Of a DNA stretch of 15,779 nucleotides, positions 1 to 10,410 are shown piece by piece. Position 1 is the stretch's first letter, and the number at the start of each line of letters is the position of its first letter. The stretch is taken from the NCBI GenBank assembly GCA_044222475.1, contig JBGANF010000163.1, forward strand, positions 1 to 15,779, given 5' to 3'. The notes beneath the pieces were generated by a model. The model searched no databases and was not told the origin of the DNA. It worked only from the letters and a program-made list of their open reading frames with translations. The translations under genes were made by a program, and so were the position numbers. The DNA is from Polyangiaceae bacterium. GTDB taxonomy: Bacteria > Myxococcota_A > Polyangia > Polyangiales > Polyangiaceae.

Positions 1-1
1 C

Positions 2-829
2 TCGCTGCGGCCCGCAGTGGACGACCTCTTGCGGGAAGCGGGCGCGCTGCAAGCGCTCGAAGGGACCTCCGCGGCGGAGCTCGCTCCCCTCCTCGCCGAG
101 ATGCGGCACTTCTGGGCGCTCGACGACGACTTCATGGCGACACCGGACCGAAGTCCCGGCTGGAAGTACACGGACACCGATCTCCTCCAGGGTGGAGGAG
201 AGATCACCGAAGGGTTCGCAAACGTCCTCCCGCGGTTCTTGCCGCTGCTCGACGGCCTCGGCCCGCGCCTCGAAGGATCCGGCGCCTTCCTCGACGTCGG
301 CACTGGCGTGGCGCGGCTCTCGATCGCGGTGGCCCGCAAGTGGACTTCCCTCCGCGTGGTCGGCCTCGACGTCTGGGCACCCGCGCTCGCGGTCGCCCGC
401 AAGAACGTAGCGGCCGCCGGACTTCAGGATCGAATCGAGATCCGCGAGCAGCCGGGCGAAGAGCTGGCCGACGAAGGCGCGTTCGACCTCGCGTGGCTTC
501 CGGCGCCGTTCGTTCCCGCGGCTACGCTCGGTCGGCTCGTCGAGCGCGTGCAACGATCGCTCAAGCCGGGTGGATGGCTGCTGTTGGCTGCGGCGAAGGA
601 AGGCGAGGACCTGCGGGGAGCGGCGCTGCGTTTCCACGTGGCGCTCTACGGCGGGACGCCGAGCAGCCAGGGAGAGATCGAGCGGCTGCTCACCGAGAAG
701 GGCCTCACCGAGGTGAAGACGCTCCCGGGCCCGCCGCGGGACTTCAAGATCATCGTGGCCGGCCGCCGGGCGTCACGTTGCTCGCCTGATTCGGCACGGC
801 AGCGCCGGTCGCCGGGTTCCACCCGGTGA
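2..829 (+). CDS. Class I SAM-dependent methyltransferase (5'-partial; C-terminal tail probably non-native)
   Basis: Frame is open from the window edge. Motif I FLDVGTGVA, motif II VVGLD, then FDLAW and LKPGGWLLL, typical of a Rossmann-fold MTase. After IIVAGRR the sequence is low-complexity and overlaps the convergent gene by 80 bp. Confidence 0.88.
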   Translation, partial: SLRPAVDDLLREAGALQALEGTSAAELAPLLAEMRHFWALDDDFMATPDRSPGWKYTDTDLLQGGGEITEGFANVLPRFLPLLDGLGPRLEGSGAFLDVGTGVARLSIAVARKWTSLRVVGLDVWAPALAVARKNVAAAGLQDRIEIREQPGEELADEGAFDLAWLPAPFVPAATLGRLVERVQRSLKPGGWLLLAAAKEGEDLRGAALRFHVALYGGTPSSQGEIERLLTEKGLTEVKTLPGPPRDFKIIVAGRRASRCSPDSARQRRSPGSTR

Positions 830-2045
830 TCGATCCACTCGCGCCGATCCCTCCGAACCACCCGGTCTTCAAGTAGCCGCCGCCGTACACGTAGACCCAG
901 TTGCTGTTGCCCGGCGTGTTGTCGGGCCACGCGGCGGACACGAGCGGCGTCTTCGGCGTGTCGCCGTGGAACGTCATCACGATCGAATCGGACAGCGGCT
1001 TGTCGCAGCCCGACGGGTCCTTCATCGCGTCGCAGTCGGCGATGAACGCGTCGAGGATCTTCCCGAGCCGCGCGACGTTCTCGATCGTCTGCGTCACGTT
1101 GTTCGCGTTCGCGAACGCGTTGTGCGGGTCGTCGCTCATCGCCGGCAAGATGACGGAGTTGGTGAGCCCGAGCCCGAACGCCTTCGCGGTGGCGATCAGG
1201 ATGCGACCGATGTCGGCCACGTTCTGCGGCGCGCCTTGGATCCCGTAGCGCGCCTCGTCCCCAGGCGTCACCCGGAGCTGCGAGCCGAGCGTGCGCCCGA
1301 GCAGAGACGACGCGAGCTTCCCGGAGTTCTGCGGGTTGACCAGCGTGCGCCTACCTGCCGCCGCGTTCAGGTTGAGGAACGTGCGGTAGTACGCGTCGTG
1401 CAGATCGGGCGCGACCGGTCCTTGCAGAAGCGTCTTCGATGCGGTGCTGTCGAACAGATCGGCGAGGCCGTTCTTTCCGATCACGTTCACCTGCGGTGCG
1501 CCGACCGCGGTGCCGTACTGGAACGGGTTGATCGCGACCACTGGGATGAGTGAAGGGTTCACGCTCTGGATCGCGGCGATCGTCGCGATCATTCCGGTGC
1601 CGGTCGCGATCGTCGCAGCGGCGCTCGGGGCGTTGGTGTGGTTCTCCGCCGTGCCGGCCATGAATGCGCTGATCTGCCGCGTCGGAGACCGCTTCCGGAA
1701 CGGTGACTCCGGGGCGTAGACGAGGGGGCGATCGGTGCCGGTCGCGTCGGTCGTCTTCCCCCGCGCGTGGAACGCGACCTGCGCGCCGCCGTTCTTCGCG
1801 ACGTCGACGTGGGGAAAGAGCAGTTGGAACCACGCGTGGCCGCCGTTGCCGCCGATGAAGTGGACCGAGCGCATGGTCGACGCGCACGCGGCCTTGTCGG
1901 CCAGGGCGACGCCCGCCGTGTCGCTGATCACGTTCAGCATCCGCGCTCGCTCGAGGCCGAGGGCTACACCGAGCGCCGTGCTCCACCGGAGGAAGCTCCG
2001 CCGCGACATTCCCGTGAGCCCTGAAAGGCGTGGATCCTTGGCCAT
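750..2045 (-). CDS. Tat-signal secreted protein, DUF1501-like myxobacterial family (431 aa, possibly 3'-truncated)
   Basis: ATG at 2045 with GGAGGT SD 7 nt upstream. Twin-arginine motif SRRSFL followed by hydrophobic residues. The body (HFIGGNGG, DPH, VMTFHGDTPKTP, YVYGGG.LKTGWFG) resembles DUF1501-type proteins from memory, not from a search. Confidence 0.75.
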   Translation of the reverse strand: MAKDPRLSGLTGMSRRSFLRWSTALGVALGLERARMLNVISDTAGVALADKAACASTMRSVHFIGGNGGHAWFQLLFPHVDVAKNGGAQVAFHARGKTTDATGTDRPLVYAPESPFRKRSPTRQISAFMAGTAENHTNAPSAAATIATGTGMIATIAAIQSVNPSLIPVVAINPFQYGTAVGAPQVNVIGKNGLADLFDSTASKTLLQGPVAPDLHDAYYRTFLNLNAAAGRRTLVNPQNSGKLASSLLGRTLGSQLRVTPGDEARYGIQGAPQNVADIGRILIATAKAFGLGLTNSVILPAMSDDPHNAFANANNVTQTIENVARLGKILDAFIADCDAMKDPSGCDKPLSDSIVMTFHGDTPKTPLVSAAWPDNTPGNSNWVYVYGGGYLKTGWFGGIGASGSITGWNPATGAAVPNQASNVTPGGRPR

Positions 2046-2052
2046 CGTCGTG

Positions 2053-2058
2053 ACCTCC
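2053..2058 (-). promoter_or_regulatory. Shine-Dalgarno GGAGGT for the Tat protein
   Basis: acctcc on + strand is GGAGGT on - strand, 7 nt before ATG 2045. Confidence 0.8.
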
Positions 2059-2070
2059 GAGCAGATGCAA

Positions 2071-2086
2071 TGCATGCGCAGGGCCA
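2071..2086 (-). promoter_or_regulatory. Putative sigma54 -24/-12 promoter
   Basis: - strand TGGCCCTGCGCATGCA has exact GG-N10-GC spacing. Predicted +1 near 2060 leaves a leader that just contains the SD. Confidence 0.55.
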
Positions 2087-2196
2087 ACGCGTTTCGGCTG
2101 AAACGCAGCCATTTCGACCGATGTCGTACCTTCTCGCCGATGGATCGCGGGAGGGTCACTTCCGATCGGGAACGGCTCCTTTGCGATCCGCGACGG

Positions 2197-2205
2197 TGCT
2201 AACCT
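2197..2205 (+). promoter_or_regulatory. Putative extended -10 element (leaderless start of the beta-barrel gene)
   Basis: TGCTAACCT (TGnTAnnnT) lies 7 nt before GTG 2213; no SD is present. Confidence 0.55.
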
Positions 2206-2212
2206 CCCGGCC

Positions 2213-2880
2213 GTGCGCCCCCCCGTTGCGCTGATTTCGAGCGCGATCTTCGCCTCTTGCCTCGCGCTGCAGAGCCCTGCCCTGGCCGACGGCGTCCACT
2301 GGGACATCGGCCTCGGGGCCGGGGTGAACAAGCGCTTCCTCACGAACAAGGCCGTCGACGACGCCGGCTTCGGACCGTCGGCCTCGCTCGAGGCGCACGT
2401 CGCGCTCTTCCCGTTGCTCCGGATCGGCGCCTACGTCACCGGCGAGCTCTCTCCCCAGGGAGGCGTCCCGATGCGCGAGATGCTCGCGGCCGGGGCACGG
2501 GTGAAGATCTCGCCGCCCTGGCCGAGCACCGCCTTCCGCGTATTCGCCGCGCTCGGCGTCGGGTACGTCGGCGTGTACGCCCCGAAGTACACGCTCACCC
2601 TTCAGACGCCGACCGGTCCGCAGCAGGCCACGGTCGACGGCTCGGGCGGTGGCTTTCTCGAGATCCCGTTCTCGCTCGGTGTCACCTACAAGGTTCGAAA
2701 GCCCGTGTTCCTCTTCGCCGAGCTGTGGACGCGCTTCGGCATGGGGTTCAGCGGGAGCTACTACGGCGGCGGGAGCGGCGGACGTTCGCTCCTCGGGGCG
2801 GGTTTCGAGGGACAGGTCGTCGCTTCTGCAGGAAACGACCTCTTTGCGCTCGGGCTCAACCTGGGCTTCGGGTTCGATTT

Positions 2881-2884
<4 letters not shown>
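2213..2884 (+). CDS. Outer-membrane beta-barrel protein (223 aa)
   Basis: Signal peptide ending PALA-D. Alternating hydrophobic/Gly strands (WDIGLGAG, VFAALGVGYVG, FSLGVTY). Amphipathic C-terminal strand LGLNLGFGFDL. Confidence 0.75.
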
Positions 2885-4698
<1,814 letters not shown>

Positions 4699-4704
4699 CC
4701 GTCG

Positions 4705-5490
4705 TCACAGCGCGGTGACGAGGACGTCGTCGTACTCGACCGTCCATTCGTCCGTGACGCGGAGATGCTCCGGGCCGAGCACGATGTTGATCACCGGCCC
4801 GAGATCCGTGCTGGGCAGCGCGAGGATCGCGGCTTGGATGCCGTCGATCCGGACCTCGATCGATCCCGCTCCACCCGGTTGTCGGATGAACGTCACGACC
4901 CATGCTTGCCACTTCCCCAACACCGGGAGGACGGCGAAGTTCTTCGAGCCCGCGTCGAACAGGTTCGAGTCCATCTCGACGAAATCCGCCGACACGTACA
5001 CGCCGATGTTCTTGCCGCTCGGCCAAACTTGGAAGACCTCTTGAAGTGGCGCCGCCTTCGGGATGTCGGTCTCGATGCGGGCCGCAAACGAGGCCCGAAA
5101 TCCGCTCGGCGGGGCGGCGACGCTGATCTGGAGCGAAACGGTTCCGTCCGCTCCAGCGTCGCGCGCTGGATGTCGCATCCGTACCGCGAACGGCGGCGAG
5201 ACGAACGTGGAGGGTTGAACCGCGAGCTCGGCGAAGCTCTTCGTCGAGGTGGTCCATCGACTCAGCGGAGTGGTGTCGTCGAAGTCGTCGCAGATGATGT
5301 TCGGCTTCGGCGCCCGCGCGCAGAACCCGCCTTCTCCGTCAGCCCCTGCGTCGGTGCCGCCTTCGGTCGAGGCCTCGGTCGAAGCATCCGCGGCGCGGCC
5401 GCCGGCGATCACGTCGAGATCGGGTAGCAGGCAAGCGGCGGCGCACACCGACACGCACGCCGCGAACCCCAACGCCGAAGCAACTCGCAT
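4705..5490 (-). CDS. Putative lipoprotein with beta-sandwich (ConA/lectin-like) domain (261 aa)
   Basis: Signal with lipobox-like AAAC, acidic DAG linker, C..ICDDFDD start of domain, beta-rich body ending EYDDVLV. The fold is inferred. Confidence 0.7.
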   Translation of the reverse strand: MRVASALGFAACVSVCAAACLLPDLDVIAGGRAADASTEASTEGGTDAGADGEGGFCARAPKPNIICDDFDDTTPLSRWTTSTKSFAELAVQPSTFVSPPFAVRMRHPARDAGADGTVSLQISVAAPPSGFRASFAARIETDIPKAAPLQEVFQVWPSGKNIGVYVSADFVEMDSNLFDAGSKNFAVLPVLGKWQAWVVTFIRQPGGAGSIEVRIDGIQAAILALPSTDLGPVINIVLGPEHLRVTDEWTVEYDDVLVTAL

Positions 5491-5499
5491 CGTGATCGC

Positions 5500-6477
<978 letters not shown>

Positions 6478-6493
6478 GTCGGCGGCGGGCGTC

Positions 6494-6500
6494 TATCATA
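6494..6500. promoter_or_regulatory. Putative overlapping divergent -10 elements (TATCAT on +, TATGAT on -)
   Basis: TATCATA is the only AT-rich patch in the 58-bp divergent intergenic region between the HD gene and the lipoprotein triplet. Confidence 0.4.
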
Positions 6501-6535
6501 TCAGGGCGTGCGTCTGCACGCTCTTGGAGGCAAGG

Positions 6536-7153
6536 ATGAGGACTCAGCTCTACCGACGGGGGGCAGCACCGATCGTGACGGTCGCGTTGGCGGCCGCCGT
6601 TGGCTCGATTGGTTGCGGGGGCGCGACGGCTTCCAACCTCTTCGATCCGCCGCCCAGCGCGGACGCAGGGCCGGACGTCACGGTCCAGGACGCCGCCCAG
6701 GACGTGCGCAAGGACGTCACGCCCGACGCGCCGCCTCCGCCGAGCCCGGTCATCGCGTGCGGTCCGCCCCTCGACAACCCTCAGAACAAGTGTGACGCGA
6801 GCAAGAAGGAGTTCTGCTGTCGCCGCGGTGACGCGCAACCGTTCAAGTACGGGTGCGAAACCGACCCGACGGCCTGCCAGGACTTCAACGACGTTCCGAT
6901 CCAGTGCTCCAGCACGCAGACGTGCATCGGCGTGGGGCTCATCGGCAGCGTCTGCTGCGGCACGCTCGTCGCGTCCGGTGTCGGCGGCAGCGTCATCACG
7001 AACACGACCTGTACCGCCCCCGCGAGCTGCGTCTCCGGCGGAAGCCTCGGAAAGGCCATCCTCTGCGATCCAGGCCAGCCGAACAATTGCCCCAACGGCG
7101 GAACCTGCAAGCTCAGCTCGCAGACCATGCCCGGCTACTACCTCTGCATTTGA
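6536..7153 (+). CDS. Cys-rich lipoprotein, paralogue 1 of 3 (205 aa)
   Basis: ATG 6536 with GGAGG SD at 6526-6530. Lipobox-like SIGC-GG, Pro/Asp linker, 16-Cys domain ending TCK..MPGYYLCI. Confidence 0.85.
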   Translation: MRTQLYRRGAAPIVTVALAAAVGSIGCGGATASNLFDPPPSADAGPDVTVQDAAQDVRKDVTPDAPPPPSPVIACGPPLDNPQNKCDASKKEFCCRRGDAQPFKYGCETDPTACQDFNDVPIQCSSTQTCIGVGLIGSVCCGTLVASGVGGSVITNTTCTAPASCVSGGSLGKAILCDPGQPNNCPNGGTCKLSSQTMPGYYLCI

Positions 7154-7200
7154 CGGCCTGAGCCGTTGCGGCGCCCCCCGCCGTGCGGCAGACTTCGCGC

Positions 7201-7785
7201 ATGCGCTGGGTCTTGCTTACCTCGATCGCGCTCGTCGCTTGCGGCGGAGCGCGCGAGACGGATTTGCTGGGTACGCCGCCCAACGGCGTCGACGCGAGCA
7301 CGCTCGAGGACACCGGCACCCCCGGTGACGACGCGACCACCGAGGAGGACGCCGCGCCAACCGACGACGGCGGCGTCATCGTCGATGCGAGCAAACCCGA
7401 CGTGGCGCCGCCCTACAAGGACCCGGGGATCTTCTGCGGCCAGACGTTCTGCACGCCGTCGACGCAGTACTGCTGCAACGACAAGGACTTCCAGCAGAAC
7501 CCGACGTACATGTGCCAAGCGACCGGCACGATCGCGGGGTGCGTGCTCGGCGTGCAGGTGAAGTGCGACAGCAAGGCCGACTGCCCGTCGACGCAGATCT
7601 GCTGCGGCGGTCTCATGAACGGGACGTACGACGAGGTCTCGTGCAAGCCGACGTGCACCGGCATCGTCCTCGGGCGAAACCAGATTCGGTTCTGCGATCC
7701 CAAGGCCCCGGTCGACGAGTGCAAGGCTCAAGCGCAGACGTGCAAGCCGAGCAACGCGCTCAAGGGATACTCCGTCTGCCAGTGA
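7201..7785 (+). CDS. Cys-rich lipoprotein, paralogue 2 of 3 (194 aa)
   Basis: MRWVLLTSIALVAC-GG lipobox, acidic linker, 16-Cys domain ending TCK..LKGYSVCQ. Alternative GTG start at 7183. Confidence 0.85.
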   Translation: MRWVLLTSIALVACGGARETDLLGTPPNGVDASTLEDTGTPGDDATTEEDAAPTDDGGVIVDASKPDVAPPYKDPGIFCGQTFCTPSTQYCCNDKDFQQNPTYMCQATGTIAGCVLGVQVKCDSKADCPSTQICCGGLMNGTYDEVSCKPTCTGIVLGRNQIRFCDPKAPVDECKAQAQTCKPSNALKGYSVCQ

Positions 7786-7793
7786 GGACATCG

Positions 7794-8414
7794 ATGAAGC
7801 CGAGCATGATCTTCCTTCCATGCGTCGTCGCGATGGCGGGTTGCGGTGGCGCCGTCGAGAGCGATCTCTTCGGTACTCCCGGGGACGCGGCCACGGGGTC
7901 GGACGTGAGCACGATCAAGGACTCCTCGGTGGTGAGCGATGGCGACGTGGCTCCGGACGCATCGGTGATCGATGCGGAGCCGATCGTCGACGTGCTCCCG
8001 ATCAAGGACGTCATCACCGTCATCGACGCGAGCCCGATCGATCCGGGAACGTTCTGCCAGACGAACCCGAACAGCTACTGCAAGAACGACACGGAGCTCT
8101 GCTGCATCAAGCAGACCGGGTCGGCGTGCGTCGCGTCGAACATGGCGAACACGTGCGCCGCGACGCGCATGTACTGCGACAACGGTGACAGCTGCAAGAC
8201 CGGGGAGATCTGCTGCGGCAACATCTTCTTCAACGGCAACAGCAACGTCTATGGCGAGATCAAGTGCGCTTCCAGCTGCAACGTGACGGCCAGCCAGATC
8301 CCCGGCCAGCGGCGGTTCTGCAACCCGAACAACAAGCCGGACGAGTGCCAGCAGTACGGGCTCACCTGCAAGGCGAGCGGCATCCTGCCCGGCTACTTCA
8401 TCTGCTCGAACTGA
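7794..8414 (+). CDS. Cys-rich lipoprotein, paralogue 3 of 3 (206 aa)
   Basis: ATG 7794 after GAGGA. MAGC-GG lipobox, Asp/Val linker, 16-Cys domain ending TCK..LPGYFICSN. Confidence 0.85.
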   Translation: MKPSMIFLPCVVAMAGCGGAVESDLFGTPGDAATGSDVSTIKDSSVVSDGDVAPDASVIDAEPIVDVLPIKDVITVIDASPIDPGTFCQTNPNSYCKNDTELCCIKQTGSACVASNMANTCAATRMYCDNGDSCKTGEICCGNIFFNGNSNVYGEIKCASSCNVTASQIPGQRRFCNPNNKPDECQQYGLTCKASGILPGYFICSN

Positions 8415-8415
8415 G

Positions 8416-9264
8416 TCACTTCTGGTTCGCGAGATCGGTGATCGCCTGCATCGAGAGCGGCTGGTTGTAGAAGCGGACCTCGTCGAGTCGCCCCTTGAAG
8501 AAGTTCTGGTTGTCGCCCGAGCAGCCGAGCCGCATGCTGACCGAGTCCTTTGCGAACGGCGGCGGTGACCCGAGAGAGCCGCGCTGCACGCCATCCACGA
8601 ACACCCGCGTCTGCGAGCCGGGCGCGAACAGCATGACGAGGTGATGCGTCTCGCCCACGTTGATCACGGCGGGTGAGCTCGTCACGCCGAGGGTGCCACC
8701 GTCGCCGTTCGGCATCGCGAAGGCGAAGCGGGTGGCCGAGAACTCGACCGACGCGCGCCAGCCTGCCGCTTGAGGGTTCGCGGTCTTGCCGGCGATGAAG
8801 TAGCGCGGCCACGACGTCGTCGTCGAAGCGATCGTGGCGAAGAACGTGAGCGTGAAGCCGGTCTTGCCGTCGAAGTCCAGGCTGCTCGGGGTGGGGTTCG
8901 GCAGGAGAACGCACGACGACGCGCCACCGAAGGCGAGCGTTCCGTTGATGCCTCCAGCAGTCCAGGTGCCATCACCTTGGACGATCCCGTCGAGGCCGTT
9001 GCCCGAGCAGTCGTGAACGACGACGCCCGAGGTCTCGTCCATCGGGTAGTAGGCGACGAGCCCCGACGGCACGAGAGTGACGGGTGGGCACGTGAATCCA
9101 CCGTCGGTCGGCAAGGATCCGTCGAGCGGTGCCGTCTCCGCGGCGGCATCTTTCGACGGACCGCCGTCGGTGGCCCCTCCTTTCAACGCGTCGAGCGTCG
9201 GAAGGAGACACGCCGCGACCGAGACGACGGCGCACGAAAACCCGAGCCGAGCGAGGGTCCTCAC
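8416..9264 (-). CDS. LamG (laminin G3/ConA-like) domain lipoprotein (282 aa)
   Basis: Lipobox VAAC. Classic LamG signature GLVAYYPMDE.SG....D.SGNG, FT, HHLV, VFVDG, LG, FKGRLDEVRFYNQPLS. Confidence 0.9.
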   Translation of the reverse strand: MRTLARLGFSCAVVSVAACLLPTLDALKGGATDGGPSKDAAAETAPLDGSLPTDGGFTCPPVTLVPSGLVAYYPMDETSGVVVHDCSGNGLDGIVQGDGTWTAGGINGTLAFGGASSCVLLPNPTPSSLDFDGKTGFTLTFFATIASTTTSWPRYFIAGKTANPQAAGWRASVEFSATRFAFAMPNGDGGTLGVTSSPAVINVGETHHLVMLFAPGSQTRVFVDGVQRGSLGSPPPFAKDSVSMRLGCSGDNQNFFKGRLDEVRFYNQPLSMQAITDLANQK

Positions 9265-9270
9265 TCCATG

Positions 9271-9279
9271 AGGGTAGCA
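9271..9279 (-). promoter_or_regulatory. Putative extended -10 element (leaderless start of the LamG gene)
   Basis: - strand TGCTACCCT lies 6 nt before GTG 9264. Confidence 0.5.
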
Positions 9280-9283
9280 GCCG

Positions 9284-10387
9284 TCAGGAAGCCCGCGCCG
9301 CTTCTTTGAGGTTCAGCGACGACGGCGAGAGGCTGTCGGCGAGGGTGTCCTCGGAGAAACTGCGGAGCTCCTCGGACACGCTGCGCAGGTACTGCTGCTT
9401 CACGTGGAACGGCAGGAACGCGCTCTTGAAGCCGCTCAGGATGATCTGCTTGAGGTCGGTGAGGCCGAGACCCATCTGGGTGTGGCAGAGCCAGAGCTCC
9501 TTCGAGACCGTGGTGTCGGTCACGAGGCGGTTGTCGGTGTTGACGGTCACGCGAAGACCGAGGTTCACGTAGAGCTTGAGCGGGTGACTCGACAGATCGC
9601 GGACCGCGTTCGTCTGCACGTTCGACGACGGGCAACACTCGAGCGGGATGCGGTGATCGTTGACGTAGTGGAGGAGATCGCCGTTCTCGCGCAAGCGGCA
9701 GCCGTGACCGATGCGGTGTGCGCCGCAGGTGTGGACGGCCTGAGCGATCGACTCGGGGCCATAGGCTTCCCCGGCGTGGATGGTGACGTTGATGTTGTTG
9801 TCGCGCACGAGCTGGAACGCGGCGCGGTGGTGCTTCGCCGGGTGATCGTACTCCGCGCCCGCGAGGTCGAACCCGACGACACCGCGGTTCTTGTAGGCGA
9901 CCGCGAGCTCCGCCATCTCGAGCGACGACTCCGGCGAGACGTTGCGGATCCCGCAGATGATGAGGTTCGACTCGATGTCGTGCTCCTTCTGCGCCGCGCG
10001 CAAGCCGGCGAGCACGGCCTCGACGACGCGCGTGAGCGAGAGGCCGCGCCGCGTGTGGAGCATCGGCGCGTAGCGCACCTCCATGTAGCGGACGTTCTCC
10101 TTGGCGGCGTCCTCGGCGAGCTCGTAGGCGATGCGCGTGAGCGCATCCTCGGTCTGCATGACGCGCAGGGTGACGTCGAAGGCCTTGAGGTACTCGACGA
10201 GCGAGCCGCAGTTCTTGCCGAGGTTCATCGCGTTGCGGAGGCCCGCTTCGTCGTTCGCGGGGAGCTCGACGCGCTGCCGCTCCGCGAGCTCGAGGATGGT
10301 GCGGAGCCTGAGCGAACCGTCCAGGTGGACGTGCAGGTCCGTCTTGGGGAGCTTCTCCACGAGCTCCAGGGGAATCGACTTTGCCAT
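9284..10387 (-). CDS. add: Adenosine deaminase (367 aa)
   Basis: Metal/catalytic motifs LPKTDLHVHLDGS, YMEVRYAP, GFDLAGAE, TIHAGE, HRIGHG, CPSSN, NTDN. Start 10387 is preferred over 10402 because an extended -10 lies 5 nt upstream. Confidence 0.95.
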   Translation of the reverse strand: MAKSIPLELVEKLPKTDLHVHLDGSLRLRTILELAERQRVELPANDEAGLRNAMNLGKNCGSLVEYLKAFDVTLRVMQTEDALTRIAYELAEDAAKENVRYMEVRYAPMLHTRRGLSLTRVVEAVLAGLRAAQKEHDIESNLIICGIRNVSPESSLEMAELAVAYKNRGVVGFDLAGAEYDHPAKHHRAAFQLVRDNNINVTIHAGEAYGPESIAQAVHTCGAHRIGHGCRLRENGDLLHYVNDHRIPLECCPSSNVQTNAVRDLSSHPLKLYVNLGLRVTVNTDNRLVTDTTVSKELWLCHTQMGLGLTDLKQIILSGFKSAFLPFHVKQQYLRSVSEELRSFSEDTLADSLSPSSLNLKEAARAS

Positions 10388-10392
10388 GGCAA

Positions 10393-10402
10393 AGCGTACC
10401 AT
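10393..10402. promoter_or_regulatory. Overlapping bidirectional -10 elements for add (-) and AraC-1 (+)
   Basis: - strand TGGTACGCT (10401-10393) is 5 nt before ATG 10387. + strand TACCAT (10397-10402) is 8 nt before GTG 10411. Only 23 bp separate the two starts. Confidence 0.6.
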
Positions 10403-10410
10403 GATTTCGC

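Noticed and set aside
2046..2159. Upstream extension of the Tat protein ORF (start 2159)
   Set aside because: Strong SD before ATG 2045 and a Tat motif near that N-terminus; the extension covers promoter-like DNA.
2257..2880. 208-aa N-terminal extension of the kinase in the 813-aa ORF
   Set aside because: Arg/Pro-rich off-frame reading of the beta-barrel gene; a GTGA-coupled start at 2881 explains the kinase.
7154..7200. GC-rich spacer between lipoproteins 1 and 2 as a terminator
   Set aside because: Only weak pairing and no U-tract.
7964..8045. Short internal repeat VIDAEPI / VIDASPI in the lipoprotein 3 linker
   Set aside because: Only two degenerate copies in a low-complexity stalk; not a repeat array.
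6536..8414. Cys-rich genes as RiPP precursors or multiheme cytochromes
   Set aside because: No CxxCH motifs and no modifying enzymes nearby; lipoprotein signals point to disulfide-bonded exported proteins.
9284..10387. Deaminase as a RADAR (RdrB)-type anti-phage component, or inactive because of NTDN instead of DD
   Set aside because: Size and motifs fit ordinary ADA, there is no adjacent AAA+ ATPase, and NTDN is a variant I recall from actinobacterial-type ADAs.
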